Positions 29,773-39,668 are shown, numbered from the stretch's first letter. The stretch is 64,000 nucleotides of DNA from a bacterium (GCA_030693325.1 JAUYAV010000011.1:1368-65367), one strand, 5' to 3'. The notes: generated by a model not told the origin, from the letters alone. A program made the numbers and translations.

Positions 29773-30129
29773 TTGATTATGGTTATTAGAATAGTAAAAA
29801 CTACAATTAAAAAATCGGAGCTTTTGGAAATAGCAAGTGAAGGATTCGGCGATATTGTTAAAGCGGTTGTAGACATTGGGCAAGGAATTATGGCTGTTGG
29901 CGGAGAACTTCACGCCGATGAGGAAGTTTTACTGACAGAACAAGAAGATTCAAAACGAGAAAATACCTGGGGAATAAACATTTATCCCCAAAAATCAGAA
30001 AACAAATGGATTGAGTTTGATTCAATGGTTAATCTTAAGCCGCATTTTGGCAATCGTTCCCGCGATGTGGAAAATCCGGAAATAAGAGAAAAAATCAGAG
30101 ATATCGTCAAAAAATTAATTACCGTTTAA
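29773..30129 (+). CDS. hypothetical small protein (resembles DUF5674-type proteins)
   Basis: GIMAVGGELHADEE...WGINIYP; family assignment from memory only. Confidence 0.45.
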   Translation: MIMVIRIVKTTIKKSELLEIASEGFGDIVKAVVDIGQGIMAVGGELHADEEVLLTEQEDSKRENTWGINIYPQKSENKWIEFDSMVNLKPHFGNRSRDVENPEIREKIRDIVKKLITV

Positions 30130-30152
30130 ACCTAAGTACAATCAATTGGACT
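30124..30152. terminator. hairpin cctaagtacaatcaattggacttaggg (same family as 49608..49632)
   Basis: read directly; overlaps the stop of the preceding gene. Confidence 0.5.
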
Positions 30153-30191
30153 TAGGGTAATGGTTTTAAATATTTTAAAATATTTTCAAGA

Positions 30192-30521
30192 ATGGCTTTT
30201 CAACATAAAGAATTGGCAACGGGTCAATGGCAAAAACTTTCGCTGGTAGAGCAACTGGGCAATATCGGCAGTGAAATTCTAAGGGTTTCGCGCCAAGAAG
30301 GCAAAAACGAAAAATTATTTTGGGGAGCAGTGGAGCGAGCTTTGGAGCTTTTTGATTTGACGCTGGACGACCCTCGCTGGAAAGGTCGCTGTTGGGAAAT
30401 TGCCAGGGCCCGAGAAGTTTTTTGCGACGCCGTTTACGGCGGGAAGCTTTACAAAAGCTCACTTCAGGATTTGACGCGTTATTTTGATATTTTCGCTTTT
30501 GCCGCGAGAAATAAATATTAA
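30192..30521 (+). CDS. hypothetical protein
   Basis: 109 aa ORF, no motif recognised. Confidence 0.4.
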   Translation: MAFQHKELATGQWQKLSLVEQLGNIGSEILRVSRQEGKNEKLFWGAVERALELFDLTLDDPRWKGRCWEIARAREVFCDAVYGGKLYKSSLQDLTRYFDIFAFAARNKY

Positions 30522-30545
30522 TCCGCCATTGCCACGGAAAATAAT

Positions 30546-30848
30546 ATGAAATATAACAAATTAGTAAGAGATAAAATACCCGAATACATTCGCAAAAAAG
30601 GCGAAACGCCGATTACGCATATCGCGGATGAAACGGAATATTGGCAAAAACTGAAAGAAAAACTGATTGAGGAAATTGAGGAATTCAATAAAAATGAAAG
30701 TGTTGAAGAATTTGCCGATATCTTGGAAGTGCTGGACGCGATTGCCGACTATAAAAAATTTGATAAAAAAGAGATAGAAAAAATAAAGGCGGAAAAAGCG
30801 GAAGCAAAAGGAAAATTCAAAAAGCGGATAATTCTTGACGAATCATAG
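30546..30848 (+). CDS. MazG-like all-alpha nucleoside triphosphate pyrophosphohydrolase
   Basis: KLVRDKIPE...EEIEEF...EEFADILEVLDAIA pattern typical of MazG/HisE-type NTP-PPases. Confidence 0.6.
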   Translation: MKYNKLVRDKIPEYIRKKGETPITHIADETEYWQKLKEKLIEEIEEFNKNESVEEFADILEVLDAIADYKKFDKKEIEKIKAEKAEAKGKFKKRIILDES

Positions 30849-31464
30849 GGTCATGGAAAATAATCAGCCAAAATTTTATAAAAAAACAATGGATATTATC
30901 GGCGCTTCTTTAGGGCTGATAATTCTTGCGCCTTTTTATCCCTTTATTGCTTTGGCGATTAAATTGGAAAGCAAGGGGCCGATTATCGTCAAATTAGACA
31001 GAGTAAGTCAGGGAAAAGTAATTAAGGTTTATAAATTCCGTTCCATGATTAAAGACGCCCAAAAAATTAAACCGGATTTGGCGGGTCTCAACGAACGAAA
31101 AGACGGCTCATTTTTCAAAATAAAAAAAGACCCCAGAATAACAAAAGTAGGGAAGCTGTTCCGTAAATTTCGGATTGACGAATTTCCTCAATTAATCAAT
31201 GTTTTGAAGGGCGAGCTTTCTCTAGTGGGCCCGCGTCCCCATGAACCCGGAGAAGTTTCGGCTTACCCGACGGAATTCCAGCACCTTTTTTTGGCCAAAG
31301 CCGGCGTCACCGGCCTTTCCCAGGTTAATGGCGCTTCCAGTTTGCCTTTTTTAAAAGAATTAACATTGGACAATTATTATCTTAAAAACCAATCTCTCTG
31401 GTTAGATTTTAAAATCATCATCAAAACCATATTAATCTTATTTTTTGACCCAACAGCGGTATGA
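30835..31464 (+). CDS. undecaprenyl-phosphate sugar phosphotransferase (WbaP/PglC-type bacterial sugar transferase)
   Basis: KFRSM...DPRITKVGKLFRKFRIDEFPQLINVLKGELSLVGPRP. Confidence 0.85.
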   Translation: MTNHRVMENNQPKFYKKTMDIIGASLGLIILAPFYPFIALAIKLESKGPIIVKLDRVSQGKVIKVYKFRSMIKDAQKIKPDLAGLNERKDGSFFKIKKDPRITKVGKLFRKFRIDEFPQLINVLKGELSLVGPRPHEPGEVSAYPTEFQHLFLAKAGVTGLSQVNGASSLPFLKELTLDNYYLKNQSLWLDFKIIIKTILILFFDPTAV

Positions 31465-32585
31465 AGATAGCTTTAGCGCATGATTATTTAAACCAGTGCG
31501 GTGGAGCGGAAAACGTTCTGAAAGTTTTAGCCGAAATTTTTCCCGAAGCGCCCATTTATACTCTTTTCTACGACGAAAATAAAACCCGGAGTTATTTTAA
31601 AAACCGCGTCAAAAAAACCAGTTTCCTTGATTTTGGAATCGTCAGGAATCATCATCGGGCTTTTATCCCTTTACTGCCGTTGGCCAGCAGCAATTTAAAG
31701 ATTGAACCTGAATATGATTTGGTTATATCTTCCAGCGCCGGCTATGCCAAAGGTTTTAATTCCAAAAACGCCTTCCATATTTGTTATTGCCATACTCCGC
31801 TCCGCTATGCCTGGGAGGAAAATTATCTTCAAGGATTGGATTTATTCCATATACCCTTATTAAAAACTTTGGCTAAACCAGTACGCGCCGCTTTAAGAAG
31901 CTGGGATAAAAAAGCCAGCCGCCGAGTGGATGTATTTATCGCCAATTCTTATTTTATCGCCCAAAAAATCAAGAATTTCTATAATCGGGAAGCCGAAGTA
32001 ATCTATCCGCCGATTGATTTGAAAAAATTCTATCCCGAACCCTCTCAAAAAACCGGTGATTATTTTTTGATGGTAGGCCGACTGCTTCATTACAAACGTT
32101 TTGACCTCGGCATTGAGGCCTTTAATCAACTAGGGCTTCCTTTAAAAATAGTCGGTGAAGGTCCGGAACTTCAAAAATTAAAATCAATGGTTAAATCTCC
32201 TTTGATAGAATTTTGCTCTTATATTGAGAACCTGGACGAGCTCCGGAAAATTTATAGCGGAGCTAAAGCTTTAATATTCCCCCAGATTGAGGACTTTGGG
32301 ATGGTGGCGGCCGAAGCCCAAGCCTGCGGCTTGCCGGTAATAGGCTATAACACCGGAGGAGTTAAAGAGATTATTAAAGAAGGGAGAACCGGCTTATTAT
32401 TTAACGAGCAAACGCCGGAAGCCTTGATAAAGGCAGTTTATTTATTTGAAAAAACTGATTTTTCCAAATCGGAAATCATTGAAAATGCCCAACGATTTTC
32501 CAAAGAAAATTTTAAATCAAAATTTCAAGAAATAATCAATAAAATAAAAAATGAAGAAAACAAAATAAATCATTTACTATTGTAA
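31461..32585 (+). CDS. glycosyltransferase family 4
   Basis: GT-B C-terminal EDFGMVAAEAQACGLPVIG...GGVKE. Confidence 0.8.
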   Translation: MKIALAHDYLNQCGGAENVLKVLAEIFPEAPIYTLFYDENKTRSYFKNRVKKTSFLDFGIVRNHHRAFIPLLPLASSNLKIEPEYDLVISSSAGYAKGFNSKNAFHICYCHTPLRYAWEENYLQGLDLFHIPLLKTLAKPVRAALRSWDKKASRRVDVFIANSYFIAQKIKNFYNREAEVIYPPIDLKKFYPEPSQKTGDYFLMVGRLLHYKRFDLGIEAFNQLGLPLKIVGEGPELQKLKSMVKSPLIEFCSYIENLDELRKIYSGAKALIFPQIEDFGMVAAEAQACGLPVIGYNTGGVKEIIKEGRTGLLFNEQTPEALIKAVYLFEKTDFSKSEIIENAQRFSKENFKSKFQEIINKIKNEENKINHLLL

Positions 32586-32614
32586 TTCCGCGATCGTGGA
32601 ATTACAATAGTAAA
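32573..32614. repeat. 42-bp near-perfect palindrome tttactattgtaattccgcgatcgtggaattacaatagtaaa overlapping the GT4 stop codon
   Basis: second copy (perfect) at 59191..59232. Confidence 0.85.
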
Positions 32615-32642
32615 TTTATAATGACTAAAGAAAACAAAAAAT

Positions 32643-33788
32643 ATGAGAATTTTAATTGATCTTCGTGTTTTAACCCGGCCGCAATTTTCCGGCATCACCG
32701 AATATACCAAATCTTTAGTCAACCATCTGTTGTCGGCCGATAAAAAAAACGAATATATTCTTTTCTATAACGGTTTTCAAAAAGCCCCTCTTCCGGAAAA
32801 ATGGGTTAATAATCCCCAAATTAAAGTCATTAATTCGTCAATTCCGAACCGCCTTTGGAGTTTCAGCAATAAAATTTTCAATTTGCCGAAAATTGACAAA
32901 AAAATAAAAGCTGATGTCTTTTTCAGCCCTCATTTCAACATTTTGTCTTTGGCGAACCCGCGAAAAAGAATATTCACTTTTCACGACCTTTCTTTTATTC
33001 ACTATCCTAATTTTTTTTCCAACCGCGATAATTTTTGGCATTGGCTCCAGAATTACAAACGCCAAGCCCAAACCGCCGGCCATTTAATCGCCGTTTCCGA
33101 ATTTACCCGCCAAGACCTTATTGATAATCTTTTTATTTCGCCGGAACGGATAACTAAAATTTATTCGGGCATTAATCCAATTTATAAAAAACTTTCCCCT
33201 GAAGACAAAGGTTTAAAAGAATTTGAACAAAGCCATAATTTAGAAAAACCTTTTTTGTTTTATCTGGGAATGATTGAACCGAGAAAAAATATTCCGGCGA
33301 TTATCAGGGCTTTCAACATTTTAAAAACCGATAAAAATTTCAAAGATTTAAAACTTGTTATTGCCGGCTCCAATGGCTGGCTTTACGATAAAATTTTTAA
33401 GGAAGCCAAAAAATCAAAATTTCAGGATGAAATTGTATTCTGGGGACCGGCTACACCCGCAGAAGCTCTTTGTCTTTATAATTTGGCTGAGGTTTTTGTT
33501 TATCCGTCTTTTTTTGAGGGCTTTGGTTTCCCTCCATTGGAGGCCCAGGCCTGCGGTTTGCCGGTAATAACCAGCAATCGCTCTTCCTTGCCCGAAGTAA
33601 TGGGGGATTCCGCTTTAATGGTTGACCCCTGGCGTATTGATGATTTGGCAACCGCCATAGAAAAAATTTTAGCCAACGAACATTTCAGAAAAAATCTCCG
33701 AGAAGCTGGATTTCTTAACATCAAAAAATTCAATTGGGATAAAACCGCGCGGGAAACCATAGAGGTATTTTCTAAATTAGGTTATTAG
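32643..33788 (+). CDS. glycosyltransferase family 4
   Basis: EGFGFPPLEAQACGLPVITSN. Confidence 0.8.
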   Translation: MRILIDLRVLTRPQFSGITEYTKSLVNHLLSADKKNEYILFYNGFQKAPLPEKWVNNPQIKVINSSIPNRLWSFSNKIFNLPKIDKKIKADVFFSPHFNILSLANPRKRIFTFHDLSFIHYPNFFSNRDNFWHWLQNYKRQAQTAGHLIAVSEFTRQDLIDNLFISPERITKIYSGINPIYKKLSPEDKGLKEFEQSHNLEKPFLFYLGMIEPRKNIPAIIRAFNILKTDKNFKDLKLVIAGSNGWLYDKIFKEAKKSKFQDEIVFWGPATPAEALCLYNLAEVFVYPSFFEGFGFPPLEAQACGLPVITSNRSSLPEVMGDSALMVDPWRIDDLATAIEKILANEHFRKNLREAGFLNIKKFNWDKTARETIEVFSKLGY

Positions 33789-33822
33789 TGTTTTTGGGCA
33801 TTAGCTTTTATAATGAGAATCA

Positions 33823-35934
33823 ATGGCGAGAGTTCCCAAAAAAAATATCTCTCCGGTTCTTGCCGATATTAAGCATCCGGGCAAAAAAATCGCCTGCAAG
33901 CCGGTGAATTTTTGCCGACAAATCTTTCCTTTAAAGAAAATCGCCGGGGAAAGACCCCGCAAAATTTTGTTGCGCCGGCGGAATAAAATTCCTTTTCAAA
34001 AAATAATTTTGACTTTTTTGGGCATTATTGTTTTGACCCTGCTTATCGGCGGCTCCTTATTTTTCGCCAAATTCAACGCTTCTAAGCCGGTTATTTCGGC
34101 GAAAATTCATTCAATTATTGACAACTTCCAGGAAGCCGTTAGTTCATTAAATAATTTTGACCCGCAAAAAGCGATAGCTCTTTTTGACGAAAATAATTCC
34201 GAGCTAATTGCCGTCAAAAATTTATTTCAAAATTTTCTTTTAACAAAAATTTTAAATCTTGGCGGATTTTTTGAAAAATCCCTGAGTTTGAACCAATCGG
34301 CGCTGGCTATTTCCCGGAATCTGGAGACTCTTAAAACAAATGGGTTAAATCTTTTCTTAAACGGCGACGGCAAAGAATTGGTCGGAATAATCAAAAACCT
34401 TCAAAAAGAAATTGATAACATCCAACAGGACACCAATTTAATCCGCAATCAAATAGCTTCTGTCGGCGATAAAATGAATTTTTTACAAGGGAATTTATTT
34501 GATTTTAGTCAAATTAATAAAATAGCTACTGATGAATATATCAATTATGGCGCCAAACTTTATCAAACAGAAGATGTTTTAGCCGGCTTACTCAATATCC
34601 TGCAGTCAGTAAACGATGTTCATTGGCTGATTTTTTTCCAAAACCCGGCCGAAATCAGACCGGCGGGAGGATTTTTGGGAAGCTATGCCGATCTGACAAT
34701 CAGTTCCGGCTGGCTGGCCAATATTGATGTTCGGGATATTTATGACCCTGACGGTCAATTGGAATTAAAAGTGGTTCCGCCAATGCCGCTTCAAGCCATC
34801 ACCACTTCCTGGGGGGCCCGCGACGCCAACTGGTTTTTTGATTTTCCTTTGTCCGCCCAAAAAGTAATAAGTTTTTTGGAGGCCTCAAAAATTTATCAGG
34901 AAAAAAACATTAAATTTTCGGGAGTTATCGCTTTAAATATCAGAATTCTGGAAAGTATTCTGGGAATTACCGGGCCGATGAAACTTGCCGATTATCCGGA
35001 AATAAATAAAGACAATTTTATGGCAGAAATCCAAAGAGAAGTTGAAGCCGGGCCGGATAAGGCTAAGGGACAACCGAAACGTATTCTCCAGGTTTTGGCG
35101 CCGGCGCTGCTTGAAAAAATAAATAATTTTGACGAAATTCAAAAAAAAGAATTGACGGAAAAACTCAAATTTCATTTAGCCAATAAAGATATTATGCTTT
35201 TTGCCGAAGACCGGCGGCTCCAAAATTTCTTTTCTCAAAATAATTTCGCCGGTGAAGTTTATAAACTGCCGGACAATTTTTACGGCAGTTATCTGGCGGT
35301 CGTCAACGCCAATATCGCCGGGGGAAAAAGTGATTTTTTCATAAAACAAGAAACTGATCTTCAAATAAGTTTGGACAGCGACGGCAAAGCCGTCAGTCAG
35401 CTAAAAATAAAAAGAACCCATTACGGCAATACCGAAAAAGCGTCTTGGTGGCGGGCTACTAACAAAAATTTCCTTAAAATCTTTGCCTCGCCCGGATCGC
35501 GTCTTATAGAAATCAAAGGGAACAGTCAAAAAGTCGTCAATCCGCCGATAGACTACAAAAAACAAAATTATCAAAACGATTTTGTGGTCCAAGCAATTGA
35601 AAAAAACCAGCAATTTTCGGAAGATTCTAATGTCTGGTCGGGCGAAGAAGCCGGAAAAACGACCTGGTCAAGCTGGTTTAACGTGCCAGCTGGCGCAACT
35701 AAAACCCTGGAATTAGAATATGAAACATTAGCTAATGTTTATTCATCCGTCAAACCTGGCAAAACCTACCAATTTATTTTTGACAAACAATCCGGCGTGG
35801 ATGGAAAATTAAAGGTGAGTATTGAAACGCCGCCGGGATATAAATGGCAAGAAAGTAAAAATTATATTTATGAATACCAGAACGATAATCCGCCGTCTCG
35901 TCTGATTATAAATCTCACTTTATTAAGCGTATAA
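33823..35934 (+). CDS. large membrane-anchored extracytoplasmic protein in the glycosylation locus (possibly DUF4012-type)
   Basis: N-terminal TM; IFFQNPAEIRPAGGFLGSYADL segment; family assignment uncertain. Confidence 0.4.
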   Translation: MARVPKKNISPVLADIKHPGKKIACKPVNFCRQIFPLKKIAGERPRKILLRRRNKIPFQKIILTFLGIIVLTLLIGGSLFFAKFNASKPVISAKIHSIIDNFQEAVSSLNNFDPQKAIALFDENNSELIAVKNLFQNFLLTKILNLGGFFEKSLSLNQSALAISRNLETLKTNGLNLFLNGDGKELVGIIKNLQKEIDNIQQDTNLIRNQIASVGDKMNFLQGNLFDFSQINKIATDEYINYGAKLYQTEDVLAGLLNILQSVNDVHWLIFFQNPAEIRPAGGFLGSYADLTISSGWLANIDVRDIYDPDGQLELKVVPPMPLQAITTSWGARDANWFFDFPLSAQKVISFLEASKIYQEKNIKFSGVIALNIRILESILGITGPMKLADYPEINKDNFMAEIQREVEAGPDKAKGQPKRILQVLAPALLEKINNFDEIQKKELTEKLKFHLANKDIMLFAEDRRLQNFFSQNNFAGEVYKLPDNFYGSYLAVVNANIAGGKSDFFIKQETDLQISLDSDGKAVSQLKIKRTHYGNTEKASWWRATNKNFLKIFASPGSRLIEIKGNSQKVVNPPIDYKKQNYQNDFVVQAIEKNQQFSEDSNVWSGEEAGKTTWSSWFNVPAGATKTLELEYETLANVYSSVKPGKTYQFIFDKQSGVDGKLKVSIETPPGYKWQESKNYIYEYQNDNPPSRLIINLTLLSV

Positions 35935-36227
35935 TGATCAAAAACATACTGCGTTTTCTAAAAATATCCGCGTTGATTATTGTAATCGGTTTTTTGGGAT
36001 GGGGTCTTTTTAATCTAAGAAAACAAAGCCGCGGCCTGGAAACCAAAACCAAAAACCTGCAAACTAATGCCACGGCTGTTGAAAAAGAGAATCAAACCTT
36101 TAAAGATAATATTGAATACTACAGCCATCCGGAGAATCTGCTGAAAGAATCAAAATCGTTGTTCAATTATCGCCAACCCGGAGAAAAAATGATGATTATT
36201 ATTCCTTCCCAAAATGAAAATCATTAA
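35934..36227 (+). CDS. FtsB/DivIC-like septum formation initiator
   Basis: N-terminal TM, coiled coil, C-terminal YSHPENLLKESKSLFNYRQPGEKMMII. Confidence 0.6.
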   Translation: MIKNILRFLKISALIIVIGFLGWGLFNLRKQSRGLETKTKNLQTNATAVEKENQTFKDNIEYYSHPENLLKESKSLFNYRQPGEKMMIIIPSQNENH

Positions 36228-36756
36228 AATAATTATCAGTTCAATCGGATTGTTGATTCTGGCATTTTTTGTTCTTCTGAAATTAAATCTCTATCCGGTC
36301 GCTTTTACCTCAAATTGGCTTATTACCGAAAAGCAATTGGATAAAATTACGGCCGCTTCTTTGGTTTATTATCAAAAAACTCTTTCCGTTTATGCCGCCG
36401 GCACGCCAATAATTGGCGAGGAATTAAAAAAGGAAATCAAACGGGCGGCTCTGGATAAAATGATTGAGGATAAAATTATTGAGGATACCCTGACAAAAAA
36501 ATTAGGCGCTGAAAAATTGAAAAAATCAGTCAATGAGAAATTGGCGAATTTATCTCTTAACGGCGAAATTGCCAATGCCAGCCAAATTCTTTATAATTTA
36601 TCATTGAACGACTTCAGGGATCTGGTTTTAACGCCTGAAGCAAAAAGAGAAATCTTGAAAGAGCAGGGGATTGATCTCAGGGAAATTAAAAAATCCTGCC
36701 ACCCGATAATTTTAGCGCCAGGATTTTATTGGCAAGGCGGGGTTCTAGCGCGATAA
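36214..36756 (+). CDS. hypothetical membrane-anchored protein
   Basis: 180 aa ORF with N-terminal TM. Confidence 0.4.
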   Translation: MKIIKIIISSIGLLILAFFVLLKLNLYPVAFTSNWLITEKQLDKITAASLVYYQKTLSVYAAGTPIIGEELKKEIKRAALDKMIEDKIIEDTLTKKLGAEKLKKSVNEKLANLSLNGEIANASQILYNLSLNDFRDLVLTPEAKREILKEQGIDLREIKKSCHPIILAPGFYWQGGVLAR

Positions 36757-36766
36757 ATATATAAGC

Positions 36767-36837
36767 GCGGGTGTAGTATAGTGGCAATACGCGACCTTCC
36801 CAAGGTTGAATCGTGGGTCCAATTCCCATCACCCGCT
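36767..36837 (+). tRNA. tRNA-Gly (anticodon CCC)
   Basis: acceptor gcgggtg/cacccgc; D stem gtat/atac; anticodon loop ttCCCaa. Confidence 0.7.
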
Positions 36838-36845
36838 CAATAAAC

Positions 36846-36918
36846 GCCACCTTAGCTCAGCTGGTAGAGCAGCACTTCCGTAAAGTGAAGGTCCCGAGTT
36901 CGAATCTCGGAGGTGGCT
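36846..36918 (+). tRNA. tRNA-Thr (anticodon CGT), unusual C33
   Basis: acceptor gccacct/aggtggc; close to E. coli thrW (GGTAGAGCAGC...AAGGTC); anticodon loop tcCGTaa. Confidence 0.6.
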
Positions 36919-36923
36919 CAAAG

Positions 36924-37304
36924 TTAAAGAATAGCTGTGATATGAGGCCAGAAAACAAGAATGCCGATAACAATCGCCGCTAAAGAAACTACAAGGACGA
37001 TGGCCGCCAAAAGATCTTTGATAATTCGGACGCGCTGATCATCCGCCGGCTGAAGAAAATCTAAAAATCGCTCCATCACGGAGTTAATTAATTCCAGAAT
37101 TAAAACCGAAAAAATCATAACCAAAAGCGTGGCCTTTTCGTCCCGGCTGGTTGGAAAATAAAGCATCGCCCCGATAACTATCAAGGCAACCGCGAGCATA
37201 TACTTAAAAGCCGGCTCGTAAACCAAAACTGTCCAAATGCCTTTCCATGCGGTCTTAAAACTCAAAATAATATTTTTTTTTCTGTTATTTAAAAATTTAT
37301 TCAT
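36924..37304 (-). CDS. dgkA: diacylglycerol kinase / undecaprenol kinase DgkA
   Basis: AWKGIW..EPAF.., ILELINSVMERFLD align to E. coli DgkA; start chosen at MNKFLNN rather than the longer upstream ORF start. Confidence 0.75.
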   Translation of the reverse strand: MNKFLNNRKKNIILSFKTAWKGIWTVLVYEPAFKYMLAVALIVIGAMLYFPTSRDEKATLLVMIFSVLILELINSVMERFLDFLQPADDQRVRIIKDLLAAIVLVVSLAAIVIGILVFWPHITAIL

Positions 37305-37341
37305 TATTTTAAATCTAAAAATGAGAGTATAATAAGCATAT

Positions 37342-38037
37342 ATGATTAACCAAAATTCAACAACCATTTCTATTTATGCCGGTGTCGGAGGAGAAGACGC
37401 CAAGGACTGGGTGGAAATGCTTTTGAGAATGTATCAGAAATTCGCCCAGCGGAATAATTGGAAATTCCACCTGATTAGCAACAACGCCCTGGAAATAATA
37501 GGGGAGAATGTTTACGGCCTGCTTAAAAATGAATCCGGAGTTCACCGCTTAATCAGAATTTCTCCTTTTGACGCCAAAAAACTTCGCCATACTTCTTTCG
37601 CTTTGATTGAAGTTCTGCCGGAACTGCCGGAGCTGGAAGCAAAAAATTTGAATATTCCAGAAGAAGATTTAAAAATAGAACTCTGTCGTTCCAGCGGCCC
37701 GGGCGGCCAGAACGTCAATAAACGGGAAACGGCGGTAAAATTGATTCATTTGCCGACCGGTTTGTCCGCCGCTTCACAAATTGAACGCTCTCAGGGCCAA
37801 AATCGGGAAAAAGCCATGAAATTGCTTAAATCCAAAATTTTCAAATTAATGACCGAACGACAGGAAAAAGAGTTGAGTAATCTGCGAATCAAAGTGACTC
37901 CCGATTGGGGCCATCAAATCCGTTCCTATGTCCTTCACCCTTATCAGATGGTTAAAGACCACCGGACAGGCGTCAAAGTCAGTAATGCCAATGAAGTTTT
38001 AGAAGGAAATCTTGATAAATTCATCCAAAAAGGATAA
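37342..38037 (+). CDS. prfB: peptide chain release factor 2, N-terminally truncated form lacking domain 1
   Basis: SPF tripeptide (RISPFD), GGQ (SSGPGGQNVNKRETAV); only 231 aa; no room upstream for domain 1 or the +1 frameshift site. Confidence 0.75.
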   Translation: MINQNSTTISIYAGVGGEDAKDWVEMLLRMYQKFAQRNNWKFHLISNNALEIIGENVYGLLKNESGVHRLIRISPFDAKKLRHTSFALIEVLPELPELEAKNLNIPEEDLKIELCRSSGPGGQNVNKRETAVKLIHLPTGLSAASQIERSQGQNREKAMKLLKSKIFKLMTERQEKELSNLRIKVTPDWGHQIRSYVLHPYQMVKDHRTGVKVSNANEVLEGNLDKFIQKG

Positions 38038-38047
38038 TATTATTGTT

Positions 38048-38734
38048 ATGATAACTTTCCAAAACGTAACTAAAACCTATAGCAAAAATTCAACGGCTCT
38101 GGAAAATATCAGCTTCAAAATAAATCCCAAAGAATTCGTCTCTATTGTCGGCCGCTCCGGAGCCGGCAAATCAACCATCGTCAAACTTGTTGTCGGTGAA
38201 GAAAAACCAAGCGGGGGAAGAATCTTTTTTGATTCCCAGGAAGTCAATAAATTAAAATATTCCCAGCTTCCGCAATATCGCCGGCAAATCGGAACCATTT
38301 TCCAGGATTTCCGGCTTTTGACCGGAAAAACGGTTTTTGAAAACATCGCTTTTGCCCTGGAAGTGGAAGGCAGGCCTCAAAAAGAAATAAATAAGTTTGT
38401 TCCCGAGATTCTTGAACTGGTGGGATTAAAAGAAAAATTACAGAGTTTTCCATATGAATTGTCAGGCGGCGAAAAACAGCGGGTGGCTATCGCCCGGGCT
38501 ATGATCAACCAGCCCGAGGTGCTTGTCGCCGATGAACCGACGGGAAACCTTGATCCGTTTAATACCTGGGAAATAATCAAACTTCTGATGAAAATCAACG
38601 AAATGGGCAGTATCGTTATTCTGGCTACTCATAACAAAGAAATTATAAACACCTTGGGTCACCGGGTTATCACTTTGGACAAAGGGAAAATTATCAGGGA
38701 CGAAGAACACGGTCGCTTCATCCTTACTAACTAA
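38048..38734 (+). CDS. ftsE: cell division ATP-binding protein FtsE
   Basis: Walker A GRSGAGKST, ABC signature LSGGEKQR, Walker B LVADEP; adjacent ftsX. Confidence 0.85.
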   Translation: MITFQNVTKTYSKNSTALENISFKINPKEFVSIVGRSGAGKSTIVKLVVGEEKPSGGRIFFDSQEVNKLKYSQLPQYRRQIGTIFQDFRLLTGKTVFENIAFALEVEGRPQKEINKFVPEILELVGLKEKLQSFPYELSGGEKQRVAIARAMINQPEVLVADEPTGNLDPFNTWEIIKLLMKINEMGSIVILATHNKEIINTLGHRVITLDKGKIIRDEEHGRFILTN

Positions 38735-38746
38735 AAAATAAAATAA

Positions 38747-39655
38747 ATGTTTCTTACTCTTTCGCGGATAATTAAATACGGATTTAAAAATTTTTTAAGA
38801 AACGGATGGCTAAGCACGGCCACTATTGCGGTTATGTTTTTGGCTCTTTTTGTTTTACAAGGTTTGATAATTTTTAATGTCGTCGCCAAAACCGCCATCA
38901 CTTCCGTCCAGAATAAAATTGATATCAGCGTTTATTTCAAAAGCAATGTCGCCGAAGACGAAATTTTAAATCTCAAAAAATCCCTGGAAGGATTAAGCGA
39001 AGTCAAAAAAGTGGAATATATTTCCCAAGACCAGGCCTTAGCCGAATTTAAGGCCCGCCATCAAGAAAATTCAGCCGTCTCTCAGGCCATAGAGGTGATC
39101 GGGACAAATCCGCTTCTTTCTTCTCTTAATATAAAAGCCAATAATCCCAAAGAGTACGCCGCCATCGCCGACTATCTCAATAACCAATCCCTTTCGCCAA
39201 TAATTGAAAAAGTAAGTTACGCCCAGAACCAGGTAGTAATCAACCGGTTAATCAGTATTGTTGATACCGCAAAAAGCGGAGGCATAATCCTCTCAATTAT
39301 CGCCGCCATAATTGCCGTTTTAGTGGCTTTTAATACCATCCGGCTGGCGATCTACACCAACCGGGACGCCATTGGTATTATGAGAGTGGTAGGCGCTTCT
39401 AATAATTTTATTCGCGGCCCCTACATTGTTGAAGGAGTTCTTTATGGAATTTTAGCCGCCGTTTTAAGCTTTGCCGTGATAGTGCCTTTGATCACTTATG
39501 CCTCTCCTTATGTGAATAATTTCATTCCGGATATGAATCTTCAAACTTACTTTGCTTCAAATTTTTTACGTCTTTTGGGCTATCAGCTTCTTTTCGGAAT
39601 CATTCTAGGCACTGTTTCCAGCTTCATCGCCGTCCGCCGCCATTTGCAAATTTAA
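38747..39655 (+). CDS. ftsX: cell division permease FtsX
   Basis: 4-TM FtsX topology with large periplasmic loop; follows ftsE. Confidence 0.85.
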   Translation: MFLTLSRIIKYGFKNFLRNGWLSTATIAVMFLALFVLQGLIIFNVVAKTAITSVQNKIDISVYFKSNVAEDEILNLKKSLEGLSEVKKVEYISQDQALAEFKARHQENSAVSQAIEVIGTNPLLSSLNIKANNPKEYAAIADYLNNQSLSPIIEKVSYAQNQVVINRLISIVDTAKSGGIILSIIAAIIAVLVAFNTIRLAIYTNRDAIGIMRVVGASNNFIRGPYIVEGVLYGILAAVLSFAVIVPLITYASPYVNNFIPDMNLQTYFASNFLRLLGYQLLFGIILGTVSSFIAVRRHLQI

Positions 39656-39668
39656 TTTTTTCTTTTCC

